Part shown: positions 48,286 through 57,518 of the stretch, in pieces
Numbering within the stretch: position 1 is the first letter of the stretch
Layout of the letters: the number at the start of each line of letters is the position of its first letter
Source of the DNA: Escherichia phage mobillu
DNA: 64,000 nt
Sequence record: MN850622.1
Direction: 5' to 3' (one strand)
The notes under the pieces: model-generated
Told to the model about the DNA's origin: nothing
Seen by the model: only the letters and a program-made list of their open reading frames with translations
The model's database searches: none
Made by a program: the position numbers and the translations under genes

Positions 48286-48759
48286 ATGTTATTATCAGGC
48301 GCAAAATATAAAGAAGAAAAACAAAAATTTTATGATGCACAGAATGGTAAGTGTCCTATTTGCCACCGTGAATTAGACCCTGATGTTCAAGGTAACCATC
48401 TTGACCACGACCACGAATTAAACGGGCCAAAAGCCGGTAGAGTTCGTGGATTACTCTGTAATCTGTGCAACGCAGCAGAAGGCCAAATGAAGCATAAGTT
48501 CAATCGTTCCGGTCTTAAAGGACGTGATGTTGACTACCTCGAATGGCTTGAAGCTCTTCTTGCTTATTTGAAACAAGATTATTCTGATAATAATATCCAT
48601 CCTAATTTTGTTCCAGACAAAACTAAAGAGTTCTCAAGACTAGGTAAAGAGGAAATGATGGCTGAGATGCTTCAAAGAGGATTTGAATATAATGAATCTG
48701 ACACCAAAACACAGTTAATAGCTTCATTTAAGAAGCAGCTTAGAAAGAGTTTAAAATGA
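48286..48759 (+). CDS. 49: recombination endonuclease VII (Holliday junction resolvase)
   Basis: 157 aa; MLLSGAKYKEEKQKFYDAQNGKCPICHREL...HLDHDHELNGPKAGRVRGLLCNLCNAAEG near-identical to recalled T4 EndoVII. Confidence 0.96.
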   Translation: MLLSGAKYKEEKQKFYDAQNGKCPICHRELDPDVQGNHLDHDHELNGPKAGRVRGLLCNLCNAAEGQMKHKFNRSGLKGRDVDYLEWLEALLAYLKQDYSDNNIHPNFVPDKTKEFSRLGKEEMMAEMLQRGFEYNESDTKTQLIASFKKQLRKSLK

Positions 48760-50573
48760 CAATTGAAAAAGAAATTGAAGGATTGATTCATAAAACTAAT
48801 AAAGACCTTTTAAACGAGAATGCTAATAAAGATTCTCGTGTTTTTCCAACTCAACGGGACCTTATGGCCGGTATTGTGTCTAAACACATTGCCAAAAATA
48901 TGGTCCCGTCTTTTATTATGAAAGCGCATGAAAGCGGAATTATTCATTTCCACGATATTGATTATTCCCCTGCTCTTCCATTTACTAATTGCTGTTTAGT
49001 AGATTTAAAAGGAATGCTTGAAAACGGATTTAAGCTAGGTAATGCACAGATTGAAACTCCTAAATCAATTGGCGTTGCTACTGCAATTATGGCACAAATT
49101 ACTGCACAAGTTGCTTCCCATCAATACGGCGGAACGACTTTTGCTAATGTAGATAAAGTACTTTCTTCTTATGTTAAACGCACCTATGCAAAACATATTG
49201 AGGATGCAGAAAAATGGCAAATCGCTGATGCGTTGAATTATGCTCAATCTAAAACAGAAAAAGACGTATACGATGCATTCCAAGCTTATGAATATGAAGT
49301 AAATACTCTCTTTAGTTCAAACGGACAAACTCCTTTTGTAACAATTACATTTGGTACGGGAACTGACTGGACTGAACGAATGATTCAGAAAGCAATTCTG
49401 AAAAATCGTATTAAAGGTCTTGGTCGTGATGGAATAACTCCTATTTTCCCTAAGCTTGTTATGTTCGTTGAAGAAGGCGTTAATCTTTATAAAGACGATC
49501 CGAACTATGATATTAAGCAGCTTGCTCTAGAGTGTGCAAGCAAAAGAATGTATCCTGACATTATTTCGGTTAAGAATAATAAAGCTATTACCGGTTCTTC
49601 AGTTCCTGTTTCTCCAATGGGTTGCCGTAGTTTCTTGAGCGTATGGAAAGATTCAACCGGTAATGAAATTCTTGATGGTCGCAATAATCTTGGTGTTGTA
49701 ACATTGAATCTTCCTCGTATCGCGTTAGATTCTTATATTGGAACACAGTTCAATGAACAGAAATTTGTTGAGCTATTTAATGAACGAATGGATCTGTGTT
49801 TTGAAGCCTTGATGTGTAGAATTAGTTCCTTAAAAGGAGTTAAAGCAACTGTTGCTCCTATTCTTTACCAAGAAGGTGCATTAGGGGTTCGTCTTAAACC
49901 TGATGACGATATAATTGAGTTATTTAAAAACGGTAGAAGTTCAGTGTCTTTGGGATACATTGGTATTCACGAATTGAATATTCTTGTCGGTCGTGATATT
50001 GGGCAAGAAATTTTAACTAAAATGAATGCTCATCTTAAACAGTGGACTGAAAGAACCGGATTTGCTTTTAGTTTATATTCGACTCCTGCTGAAAACCTTT
50101 GTTATCGCTTCTGTAAACTTGATACAGAAAAATATGGAAGTGTAAAGGATGTCACTGATAAAGGCTGGTACACTAATAGTTTCCATGTTTCAGTAGAAGA
50201 AAATATTACTCCGTTTGAAAAGATTTCTCGTGAAGCGCCATATCATTTCATTGCGACAGGTGGTCACATTTCTTATGTTGAACTTCCTGATATGAAAAAT
50301 AACTTAAAGGGTCTTGAGGCCGTGTGGGATTATGCTGCACAACATTTAGATTATTTTGGTGTTAATATGCCAGTGGATAAATGTTTTACATGCGGAAGTA
50401 CTCATGAAATGACTCCCACTGAAAACGGATTTGTTTGTTCAGTTTGTGGAGAAAGTGATCCTAAAAAGATGAACACCATAAGAAGAACATGCGGTTATTT
50501 GGGAAATCCGAACGAACGAGGATTTAATCTCGGTAAAAATAAAGAAATCATGCATAGGGTTAAACACCAATGA
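48756..50573 (+). CDS. nrdD: anaerobic ribonucleoside-triphosphate reductase, intronless
   Basis: 605 aa continuous ORF; C-terminal Cys cluster CFTCGSTHE...CSVCGE and glycyl-radical region. Confidence 0.95.
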   Translation: MTIEKEIEGLIHKTNKDLLNENANKDSRVFPTQRDLMAGIVSKHIAKNMVPSFIMKAHESGIIHFHDIDYSPALPFTNCCLVDLKGMLENGFKLGNAQIETPKSIGVATAIMAQITAQVASHQYGGTTFANVDKVLSSYVKRTYAKHIEDAEKWQIADALNYAQSKTEKDVYDAFQAYEYEVNTLFSSNGQTPFVTITFGTGTDWTERMIQKAILKNRIKGLGRDGITPIFPKLVMFVEEGVNLYKDDPNYDIKQLALECASKRMYPDIISVKNNKAITGSSVPVSPMGCRSFLSVWKDSTGNEILDGRNNLGVVTLNLPRIALDSYIGTQFNEQKFVELFNERMDLCFEALMCRISSLKGVKATVAPILYQEGALGVRLKPDDDIIELFKNGRSSVSLGYIGIHELNILVGRDIGQEILTKMNAHLKQWTERTGFAFSLYSTPAENLCYRFCKLDTEKYGSVKDVTDKGWYTNSFHVSVEENITPFEKISREAPYHFIATGGHISYVELPDMKNNLKGLEAVWDYAAQHLDYFGVNMPVDKCFTCGSTHEMTPTENGFVCSVCGESDPKKMNTIRRTCGYLGNPNERGFNLGKNKEIMHRVKHQ

Positions 50574-51040
50574 ATTATGATAGATTTTATCCTTGCGATT
50601 TTGTGAATGGCCCTGGTTGCAGGGTCGTTCTTTTCGTTACAGGTTGTTTGCATAAATGTGAAGGGTGTTATAATAAATCAACATGGAATGCTAGAAATGG
50701 TATTCCATTCACTGGTGAAACACTAGAACAATTAATTGAATGTTTGAATAATGATTATATAGAAGGATTGACTATAACCGGAGGAGACCCTCTCTATCCT
50801 GACAACCGAGATGTTATTCATTGCATTGCTCAAACAGTAAAAAATCTTTATCCCAATAAAAGCATTTGGTTGTGGACAGGATATAAGTTTGAAGATATTA
50901 AACAGCTAGAAATGCTTAAATATGTTGATGTTATTATTGATGGGAAGTATGAGAAAAATCTTCCGACCAAAAAACTGTGGCGAGGATCAGATAATCAGCG
51001 ACTTTGGTCAAATACCGATGGGGTGTGGAAACATGATTAA
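50570..51040 (+). CDS. nrdG: anaerobic RNR activating protein (radical SAM)
   Basis: CxxxCxxC radical-SAM cluster motif GCLHKCEGCYN; coupled to nrdD. Confidence 0.9.
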   Translation: MNYDRFYPCDFVNGPGCRVVLFVTGCLHKCEGCYNKSTWNARNGIPFTGETLEQLIECLNNDYIEGLTITGGDPLYPDNRDVIHCIAQTVKNLYPNKSIWLWTGYKFEDIKQLEMLKYVDVIIDGKYEKNLPTKKLWRGSDNQRLWSNTDGVWKHD

Positions 51041-51150
51041 ATTGAATTACATTATGGATACTATAAATGATATGATTTTTCGTTTTGGTCCAGAATTTTA
51101 TTCGCAATATAGTTTAATGATTATCAATGCTTAGTTAATTAAGGGTAAAT

Positions 51151-51366
51151 ATGTACAAATTTCGTAAAGGTTTAGCTGATTTTCTTACAACTGTAACGTT
51201 CTTTTTGTTTATGGCAGTTGGAGCTATTTTTCTTATTCCTTTTACTGGTGTATTTTTCGTGATTAGTTTAATTTCTCCAGAAAAGGGTTTATCCTCCAGC
51301 GAATTCAATGAACGTTTGGACAAAATTACTAATAAACTGAATTCTGTTCTTGATAAAAAGGCTTAA
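51151..51366 (+). CDS. small membrane protein
   Basis: 71 aa, hydrophobic core. Confidence 0.5.
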   Translation: MYKFRKGLADFLTTVTFFLFMAVGAIFLIPFTGVFFVISLISPEKGLSSSEFNERLDKITNKLNSVLDKKA

Positions 51367-51368
51367 TT

Positions 51369-51686
51369 ATGATTAGTTTTGAGCGGTATGTAGTAGAGAG
51401 TTGGAATGGTTTTGATATGTTCGGTAATGACTATTATTTCTATGAATGTAGTCTGAACCCAAGCTTCTGGGCTGGACGTGAACAAGACCTCGAAGAAATC
51501 AACGCTCGTGCCGATTTGTTAGGTGAACTGCCTACGGTTTATTTTACCTTTGATGAATCCGGCTTCGTTATCCAGGTTTATTTTCCTGAAGAAAACTCTG
51601 GTGAGGATTCTGTTAATCCTCCTTATTGGGCTTACCAAGGAATTATTTCTCGTGGAACAAAACTCGAACTTAAAGAACAAGATTGA
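51369..51686 (+). CDS. hypothetical protein
   Basis: 105 aa ORF; its stop overlaps the start region of the glutaredoxin-like frame. Confidence 0.55.
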   Translation: MISFERYVVESWNGFDMFGNDYYFYECSLNPSFWAGREQDLEEINARADLLGELPTVYFTFDESGFVIQVYFPEENSGEDSVNPPYWAYQGIISRGTKLELKEQD

Positions 51687-51975
51687 AATTTATGGCATCC
51701 CTGAAGAAGTTGGACGTTGTCCAGGATGTTATACTGTTACAAAACTTTTAAAGGAGCTCAATGCTCCTTATACATTTTATAAAGTCCTCACTAATAATGG
51801 TAAGATTGAATATGACCGTCCTTTAATCGTATCTCTTGCTAAACGTGCAGGATTCACTTCACTTAATATTCGTTATCCTGTCATATTTTTAAATGATAAG
51901 AAACAAAAGAATATTGCAGAGTTTAAAAAGTCCTTGATTTCATTAGGATATGACTCTGATATCATAGAAGATTGA
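51682..51975 (+). CDS. glutaredoxin-like protein (NrdH-type), start codon uncertain
   Basis: IEIYGIPEEVGRCPGCY has a CxxC redox motif; no in-frame ATG near the N-terminus (ATT/TTG candidates only). Confidence 0.5.
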   Translation: MEIYGIPEEVGRCPGCYTVTKLLKELNAPYTFYKVLTNNGKIEYDRPLIVSLAKRAGFTSLNIRYPVIFLNDKKQKNIAEFKKSLISLGYDSDIIED

Positions 51976-52084
51976 CCAGGTGCCGCCTGGTCTTCTTTAT
52001 CTCATTTCTAATATAATCCATTGGAATCTTCACTTCACTATCTCCTTGTGCCCCTCTCAAATCAAAAAATATTTTCATAAAACA

Positions 52085-52135
52085 GTTTACATCCTCAATA
52101 AATGTGTTAAGATTAAACCATCTACTATAGAGGAA
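52085..52135 (+). promoter_or_regulatory. early promoter (PeSL-like, weaker stem)
   Basis: GTTTACA, about 16-17 bp, TAAGAT; downstream GAGGAAAA SD. Confidence 0.45.
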
Positions 52136-52141
52136 AATAAA

Positions 52142-52324
52142 ATGACAATTGAAGATAAAGAAATTAAGGTTGACCAGTACTATTCTGTCAATGGTAATGC
52201 AGTACAGATAACCAGAGTTTCAAGCCTGGATGTTTGGTACCGTTCAATCAAATATCCAGAAATTGGCGAAATGCTTTGTGACCGTGGTATCTTCTGTTCA
52301 ATTGCGAAGGAAATTAAGCTATGA
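52142..52324 (+). CDS. hypothetical protein
   Basis: ATG MTIEDKEIKVDQYY... after AGAGGAAAA. Confidence 0.5.
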   Translation: MTIEDKEIKVDQYYSVNGNAVQITRVSSLDVWYRSIKYPEIGEMLCDRGIFCSIAKEIKL

Positions 52325-52569
52325 TTAGTTTAGATTCAAAGAAAGTTGTTCTAACCCTTAAAGTTAATGACGAGCGACCGGTATTCGTTACCATTTCCGA
52401 TTTGCATGTTGAAATTGCTAATGGCGTCCGTACTTATCAAACGTCTAAAACACATTGGGACTATATCCCGATGTTGACGCTTACTCAGCGTTTAGAATCA
52501 ATCGGTCTTAAAGACCTTTCAGTAAGTGAAGTGAATTTTATCAAACGCATTGTATCAATCAACCTCTGA
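52321..52569 (+). CDS. hypothetical protein
   Basis: 82 aa, ATGA coupling. Confidence 0.55.
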   Translation: MISLDSKKVVLTLKVNDERPVFVTISDLHVEIANGVRTYQTSKTHWDYIPMLTLTQRLESIGLKDLSVSEVNFIKRIVSINL

Positions 52570-52576
52570 GGTACTT

Positions 52577-52870
52577 ATGGGTAAAACGTATCGTCGTAAA
52601 GATTTGAAAGTTCGTGATTATGACTATTTTGGTAAACGTAAAGCTCCTGACGGTGTTAGCCACAAAGACATGGTTGAAAACATTTTCCGCTCAGATAAAT
52701 GGAAACGTATGAAAGGCGTTGATTCCGAAGTCAAGAATGAAATGAATCGACAACTCCGCAAAGAAGTTCGTAAGTTGAAAAAAGATGTTTACAGTAAAGA
52801 AGATTATGATTATAATACTTCTCATACTGAAGCCAAACGTAAAGCTAACGAATGTTATCGTTACAGTTGA
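52577..52870 (+). CDS. hypothetical basic protein
   Basis: ATG MGKTYRRKDLKV... after GAGG. Confidence 0.55.
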   Translation: MGKTYRRKDLKVRDYDYFGKRKAPDGVSHKDMVENIFRSDKWKRMKGVDSEVKNEMNRQLRKEVRKLKKDVYSKEDYDYNTSHTEAKRKANECYRYS

Positions 52871-52877
52871 GGAAATT

Positions 52878-53012
52878 ATGAATATCAAACGAATGCTTTT
52901 TAAGCAGGGATTATATACTTTAAATGTTAATCCAAAGGGTGATACAACTAAATGGTCCGTAAATGACTGGATTAAGTTCATCGATGAAAATGGGGCCTGG
53001 AACACAAAATGA
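52878..53012 (+). CDS. small hypothetical protein (44 aa)
   Basis: ATG after GAGGAAA. Confidence 0.4.
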   Translation: MNIKRMLFKQGLYTLNVNPKGDTTKWSVNDWIKFIDENGAWNTK

Positions 53013-53209
53013 ATCCTGAATCTATGTTATCGCAAAAGCTTCGTGAAGAACGTGCCGAATTCTTTGCCAATATGAAACTCAACGGCGTTGAGGATGAAGA
53101 CTTCTTACGCTGGTTCTGGATTTACAAATACAAAGAATGCCAGCACGCTGTACTACTGACTTGTGCAGTTATGTACGAAGGCTGGAAAGGCGCTAAAAAG
53201 TTCGGTTAA
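53009..53209 (+). CDS. hypothetical protein
   Basis: 66 aa, ATGA coupling. Confidence 0.5.
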   Translation: MNPESMLSQKLREERAEFFANMKLNGVEDEDFLRWFWIYKYKECQHAVLLTCAVMYEGWKGAKKFG

Positions 53210-53211
53210 TA

Positions 53212-53250
53212 ATGTACAACGATAGGAAGACATGTTATTATCTTCCTATC
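53212..53250 (+). promoter_or_regulatory. PeSL-like early promoter
   Basis: TGTACA, 17 bp, TATTAT inside perfect inverted repeat GATAGGAAGA/TCTTCCTATC. Confidence 0.6.
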
Positions 53251-53272
53251 GTCTTAAAATGAGGAAAATATC

Positions 53273-53512
53273 ATGGCCCAAGAATTAGATTTTATCAAAT
53301 TCAAAAAACACCTCGACGTTAAAATTGGGGATTCAATTGTTAGGATTGAGTATGACATTTTAACAGATGCTATTACTATTAGTTGTGATGGAAATAGTTT
53401 CAGCTTCGATACAACCGAAAACAAATACCCAATCTATAAAGGCATCTTTGATATGGGTGTTGATATTACTCCACGTGATACAAATTACTTACTTTTCATG
53501 CTTAAAAAATAG
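53273..53512 (+). CDS. hypothetical protein
   Basis: 79 aa after TGAGGAAAA. Confidence 0.55.
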   Translation: MAQELDFIKFKKHLDVKIGDSIVRIEYDILTDAITISCDGNSFSFDTTENKYPIYKGIFDMGVDITPRDTNYLLFMLKK

Positions 53513-53550
53513 TATACAAACTCTTGAGAGATGAGTATAATTCTCTCGTT
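53513..53550 (+). promoter_or_regulatory. PeSL-like early promoter (near-identical copy of 23903)
   Basis: TATACAAACTCTTGAGAGATGAGTATAATTCTCTCGTTGGATAATAAA. Confidence 0.6.
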
Positions 53551-53578
53551 GGATAATAAAATAACCGAGGAAAATAAT

Positions 53579-53911
53579 ATGTCTACTAAAATCAAAAACG
53601 TAGTTAATTCTTTCGCTTTCGATAAAGTTGTTGCTCTTCTGGAATCTGGCAATATTGTTACTCCTCAAGTTCTTGACGCATGGGAATTCCGTCTTTATGA
53701 AATCATGCAAAAACACAACCAGAAAATTGGACGTAATTCTATTCGTGAAATTCTAGTGCAATATATTCTTTCTGAATTTGACGTTGCTGCGTTTGGTGTT
53801 GAATCTAAAGCTTATCAGAAACATGAAATCTCTGAAAAGACTATCCGTCGTATGAAAAATCAACGTAAGAAAAAATTCGTTGACCTGAAAATTGTTAAGG
53901 CGGCAAAATGA
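53579..53911 (+). CDS. hypothetical protein
   Basis: ATG MSTKIKNVVNSFAF... after CCGAGGAAAA. Confidence 0.55.
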   Translation: MSTKIKNVVNSFAFDKVVALLESGNIVTPQVLDAWEFRLYEIMQKHNQKIGRNSIREILVQYILSEFDVAAFGVESKAYQKHEISEKTIRRMKNQRKKKFVDLKIVKAAK

Positions 53912-54135
53912 GTGTATTAACAGAAACTTTGATTAATGACCTGCGTCTAGCTGGTTACGAAGTTGGTACAAATAGCCTAGGTCTTCCTCAGATTGAAGGT
54001 CCTGGATTTATTCTAGAATACGAATTCAAACAATGGTGGTTATATGCTACGGTTGACGATGCGTTGAATATTGATTTCGTTGACCAATTTGATTCGCTGG
54101 ATGCTGCTCTTGAAGCAGCAAAGGAACTAGAATGA
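53908..54135 (+). CDS. hypothetical acidic protein
   Basis: 75 aa, ATGA coupling. Confidence 0.5.
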   Translation: MSVLTETLINDLRLAGYEVGTNSLGLPQIEGPGFILEYEFKQWWLYATVDDALNIDFVDQFDSLDAALEAAKELE

Positions 54136-54401
54136 AATTAACTCGAATCAGTATAACTGAAGAAAAGCTGGGCGAATTTTATGTTGACGAATACATGAAA
54201 GTCACGTATTTTCCATTCGTTAAAGGTGTTGGTTTTTGGGAAACTCATGTATCTCAATTAAACGAAGGCGACTATAACGAAACACATGAGAACTTTTTAG
54301 ATTTTCTTTATAATGCCGGTCTTACTGAGCTTTATATCGATATCCATGAGTTCAAACGTTTAATGGAAAAAGTGTTTCAGGCTTATTGTTTGCTCCGATA
54401 G
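54132..54401 (+). CDS. hypothetical protein
   Basis: 89 aa, ATGA coupling. Confidence 0.55.
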   Translation: MKLTRISITEEKLGEFYVDEYMKVTYFPFVKGVGFWETHVSQLNEGDYNETHENFLDFLYNAGLTELYIDIHEFKRLMEKVFQAYCLLR

Positions 54402-54408
54402 TATCTCG

Positions 54409-54444
54409 TGCTTTAAGATAGGTCTCTAAATATTATGATATAAT
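54409..54444 (+). promoter_or_regulatory. promoter region upstream of gene 55 (MotA-box TGCTTTA, inverted repeat, TATAAT)
   Basis: Exact TGCTTTA; inverted repeat ATAGGTCTCT/ATAGACCTAT; TATAAT at about 54439. Confidence 0.5.
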
Positions 54445-54473
54445 AGACCTATGAATTGAGCCAAGAGGTACTT

Positions 54474-55031
54474 ATGACTGAACAAAAACCTAAAAATAAC
54501 TATGTGAATAATAAAGAGCTTCTCGCCGCTATAATCGAGTGGAAAAAGGAGCTCTTAAATAATAAAGACCCAAACAAAATTATTCGTCAGAATGATACCA
54601 TCGGTTTAGCAATTATGCTTATCGCCGAAGGCCTGTCCAAACGTTTCAACTTTTCAGGATATACCCAGTCTTGGAAGCAGGAGATGATTGCAGATGGGAT
54701 TGAAGCCTCTATTAAGGGACTTCATAATTTCGACGAAACTAAGTACAATAACCCACATGCATACATAACTCGAGCTTGTTTTAATGCTTTTGTCCAACGT
54801 ATCAAAAAAGAACGTAAGGAAGTTGCAAAGAAATATAGTTACTTCGTTCATAATGTCTACGACAGTCATGACGATGATATGGTAGCGTTGGTAGATGAAA
54901 CGTTTATTCAAGACATCTACGATAAAATGACGCATTATGAAGAATCCGCTTATAAAGCTCCTGGGGCTGAAAAGAAGGAAGTTGTTAGCGATTCGCCTAG
55001 TTTGGATTTTTTATATGAGGATGACAATTGA
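54474..55031 (+). CDS. 55: late-transcription sigma factor gp55
   Basis: [28 protein letters not shown]... after AGAGG; near-identical to recalled T4 gp55 (185 aa). Confidence 0.93.
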   Translation: MTEQKPKNNYVNNKELLAAIIEWKKELLNNKDPNKIIRQNDTIGLAIMLIAEGLSKRFNFSGYTQSWKQEMIADGIEASIKGLHNFDETKYNNPHAYITRACFNAFVQRIKKERKEVAKKYSYFVHNVYDSHDDDMVALVDETFIQDIYDKMTHYEESAYKAPGAEKKEVVSDSPSLDFLYEDDN

Positions 55032-55230
55032 CATCTCTAACTACTTAGAAGAACCTTTTGACGAAGCAATCCCTTATTTGGTAAAACTGTTGGGTCGAGA
55101 ATTTAAAATTAATTTTGACATCGACCCTTTGAACCCACATGACGTGTCATTTTCGATAAATGGGACCCCAGTTGAATATGAGTTCTGTATTGAAGAGGAT
55201 GGGCGTTTTTATTTTAATTTAATGAGATAA
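55021..55230 (+). CDS. hypothetical protein
   Basis: [16 protein letters not shown]... overlapping gene 55 stop. Confidence 0.5.
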   Translation: MTIDISNYLEEPFDEAIPYLVKLLGREFKINFDIDPLNPHDVSFSINGTPVEYEFCIEEDGRFYFNLMR

Positions 55231-55231
55231 T

Positions 55232-55555
55232 ATGACTACCGAGATTATTGAAAATAAAGAAGCAGAAGATGCAGTAGCTAAAATGCTACAAGAAATCCAA
55301 AAGAAAAATGAAGCTGAAGCACGTAAAAAATCTGAAAAGATTCTTAAAAAGAATCGTTTTGAACTAAACCGTCTTTATGCTCATGCTCAAGAAGCAGCAA
55401 TTCAAAACAACTTCGAAGCTTATGAATATGCTATTAAGAAATCTCGGGATATTCTACGACAACCATATAATGACAAGTTAATTAAAATCCAGTGGATTAC
55501 TACTCGTCAGGCTATTGAGGACATCATTAATGGCGCTAGTTCAAACAAAGTTTAA
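55232..55555 (+). CDS. hypothetical coiled-coil protein
   Basis: 107 aa Lys/Glu-rich. Confidence 0.55.
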   Translation: MTTEIIENKEAEDAVAKMLQEIQKKNEAEARKKSEKILKKNRFELNRLYAHAQEAAIQNNFEAYEYAIKKSRDILRQPYNDKLIKIQWITTRQAIEDIINGASSNKV

Positions 55556-55736
55556 ACGTCTGAAGCTGAACGCAGGGTTCACCATTAAATTGGGTGGTCC
55601 TCTTTGTGTTAAAATTTCCGAAAAGGAATATCACGACGGTTCTATTACAGAAATTTGTCCGCCTATTGTAAAGGCAGACCCAAAACAACTCGTGTGGGTT
55701 GATTCATTCCAAGTTAAGAAATGGTGGAAACGATGA
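55530..55736 (+). CDS. hypothetical protein (start uncertain)
   Basis: Frame overlapping 55232 ORF end. Confidence 0.4.
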   Translation: MALVQTKFKRLKLNAGFTIKLGGPLCVKISEKEYHDGSITEICPPIVKADPKQLVWVDSFQVKKWWKR

Positions 55737-55775
55737 GAGAAATCGATTTAGGCATTTTCTGAGAGGTGCTTATGC

Positions 55776-55949
55776 ATGACGAACATCCCGACTTCTGAAA
55801 ATTTTGATAAAATCCGTAAAGGCAAAGCAGAAAGAATGAGACGTTTTAAAGAGTCTTATGATAAAGCTAAAGCCGAAGGAACTATTACGTACAAGCCCAT
55901 TCGATTTAAAAGTTCAAATGAGCCTCTGTACGGTGTACTATGTGGATAG
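55776..55949 (+). CDS. small hypothetical protein (57 aa)
   Basis: ATG after GAGAGGTG; followed directly by a terminator. Confidence 0.4.
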   Translation: MTNIPTSENFDKIRKGKAERMRRFKESYDKAKAEGTITYKPIRFKSSNEPLYGVLCG

Positions 55950-55972
55950 GAACTCTTCGGAGTTCCTTTTTT
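55949..55972 (+). terminator. intrinsic terminator
   Basis: GGAACTC-TTCG-GAGTTCC then TTTTTT. Confidence 0.75.
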
Positions 55973-55976
55973 GCTT

Positions 55977-56000
55977 TATAAACGGATGATAGAATGAATT
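55977..56000 (+). promoter_or_regulatory. middle promoter (MotA box TGCTTTA + TAGAAT) for gene 47
   Basis: Exact MotA-box consensus core, 11-bp gap, -10-like TAGAAT, 19 nt before gene 47 ATG. Confidence 0.55.
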
Positions 56001-56018
56001 AACTAATGAGGAAATAAT

Positions 56019-57038
56019 ATGAAAATTTTGCACTTAGGCGACTTCCATATCGGAGTCAAACAAGACGACCCATGGGTTCAAGATATTCAACGTGATGGTA
56101 TTCAACAAGCAATTGAATACTCTAAGAAACACGGGATTAAAACTTGGATTCAGTACGGTGATTGGTTTGACGTCCGTAAAGCAATAACACATCGTACAAT
56201 GGAATTCAATCGTGAAATCGTTGATATGATTTCTAAAGCAGGCATTCACGTTCATGTCACGATAGGAAACCATGACATGGCGTTTAAGAATACAATAACA
56301 CCTAACACTGTTTCTGAATTGTTAACTCAATTTGAAAACTTTACTATTTACGAACATCCAACTACTGTAGATTTTGACGGATGTCTGATTGATATCGTTC
56401 CATGGATGTGTGAAGAAAATACAGGTGAAATCTTAGAGCACATCAAGACTTCTTCCGCCGCGTATTGTGTTGGGCACTGGGAATTAAATGGCTTTTATTT
56501 CTATAAAGGAATGAAGTCTCATGGGCTTGAACCTGATTTCTTAAAGACCTATAAACAAGTCTGGTCTGGCCACTTCCACACAATCTCTGAAGCTGCTAAC
56601 GTCAAATATATTGGGACACCATGGACCCTTACTGCAGGCGATGAGAACGACCCGCGCGGATTCTGGGTATTTGACACTGATGTTGAACGTATGGAATTTA
56701 TTCCTAATGAAACAACATGGCATCGACGAATCACTTATCCGTTTAAAGGCAAAATTAATTATTCTGATTATACTAATCTAGCCGTACGTGTTATAGTATC
56801 AGAAATTGATTCAGAGTTGACTAAGTTTGAATCTGAACTTGAAAAAGTAGTTCACTCTCTTCGTATGGTTTCTAAAGTTGATAACAGTGTTGAATCTGAT
56901 GACGACCAGGAAATCGAGATTAAATCACTTCAAGATATCATTAAAGAATATATTGACGCGATTCCAGATATCTCAGACGAAGACAGAGAAGCGCTGGTCA
57001 AATATTCCAACGAACTTTATATTGAGGCAACACAATGA
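56019..57038 (+). CDS. 47: recombination nuclease subunit gp47 (Mre11-like)
   Basis: 339 aa; phosphoesterase motifs LHLGDFHIG, GNHD; matches recalled T4 gp47. Confidence 0.95.
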   Translation: MKILHLGDFHIGVKQDDPWVQDIQRDGIQQAIEYSKKHGIKTWIQYGDWFDVRKAITHRTMEFNREIVDMISKAGIHVHVTIGNHDMAFKNTITPNTVSELLTQFENFTIYEHPTTVDFDGCLIDIVPWMCEENTGEILEHIKTSSAAYCVGHWELNGFYFYKGMKSHGLEPDFLKTYKQVWSGHFHTISEAANVKYIGTPWTLTAGDENDPRGFWVFDTDVERMEFIPNETTWHRRITYPFKGKINYSDYTNLAVRVIVSEIDSELTKFESELEKVVHSLRMVSKVDNSVESDDDQEIEIKSLQDIIKEYIDAIPDISDEDREALVKYSNELYIEATQ

Positions 57039-57292
57039 CTTTAGATGAATTTAACAATGCTGGTCTCAGGCTTGAAGTTGAAATGGACGTTAAAGACGAT
57101 GATGGATTCGAGGACACTATCAAGTATTGGATTGAGCCATTACGCGTTGAAGGCAATGAAGTTAAAGCAGTTCATGTCTGCACCGACTGGGCTATTGAAT
57201 TTAGCTTTAATATAATGGACAACGATACTCCCGGCTCTATTCTTAAAATGGCTGAAGCGTGTATTGAGGATGCGTATAATGACGAAGACTGA
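57035..57292 (+). CDS. hypothetical protein (46.x position)
   Basis: 85 aa acidic, ATGA coupling to gene 47. Confidence 0.55.
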   Translation: MTLDEFNNAGLRLEVEMDVKDDDGFEDTIKYWIEPLRVEGNEVKAVHVCTDWAIEFSFNIMDNDTPGSILKMAEACIEDAYNDED

Positions 57293-57518
57293 TTATGAAA
57301 TCCATCGTCATGAATTTAGTATTGGTGACGGTTATATTGGTATCGTTGAATGGACTGAGAATTACGAGGAATCAACTCCTCGTTTCTTTGGAACAATGTA
57401 TGTTACCTGTGAGTACGCACCAGGTGTTGTTATGTATGCAGAACTAGATGAATATTTTGCTGATAGAGATGGCATGTTAAAATATGTAGAGGACTTCATT
57501 CGAAGAGAATACATATGA
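57270..57518 (+). CDS. hypothetical protein (46.x position)
   Basis: ORF overlapping the previous gene's end; first ATG in frame. Confidence 0.5.
   Translation: MRIMTKTDYEIHRHEFSIGDGYIGIVEWTENYEESTPRFFGTMYVTCEYAPGVVMYAELDEYFADRDGMLKYVEDFIRREYI

Noticed and set aside
48756-50573. Looked for a group I intron or homing endonuclease in nrdD and for seg/mob-type endonuclease genes elsewhere
   Set aside because: nrdD is one continuous 605-codon frame and no GIY-YIG or HNH homing-endonuclease-like ORFs were recognised; no integrase or transposase signatures seen.
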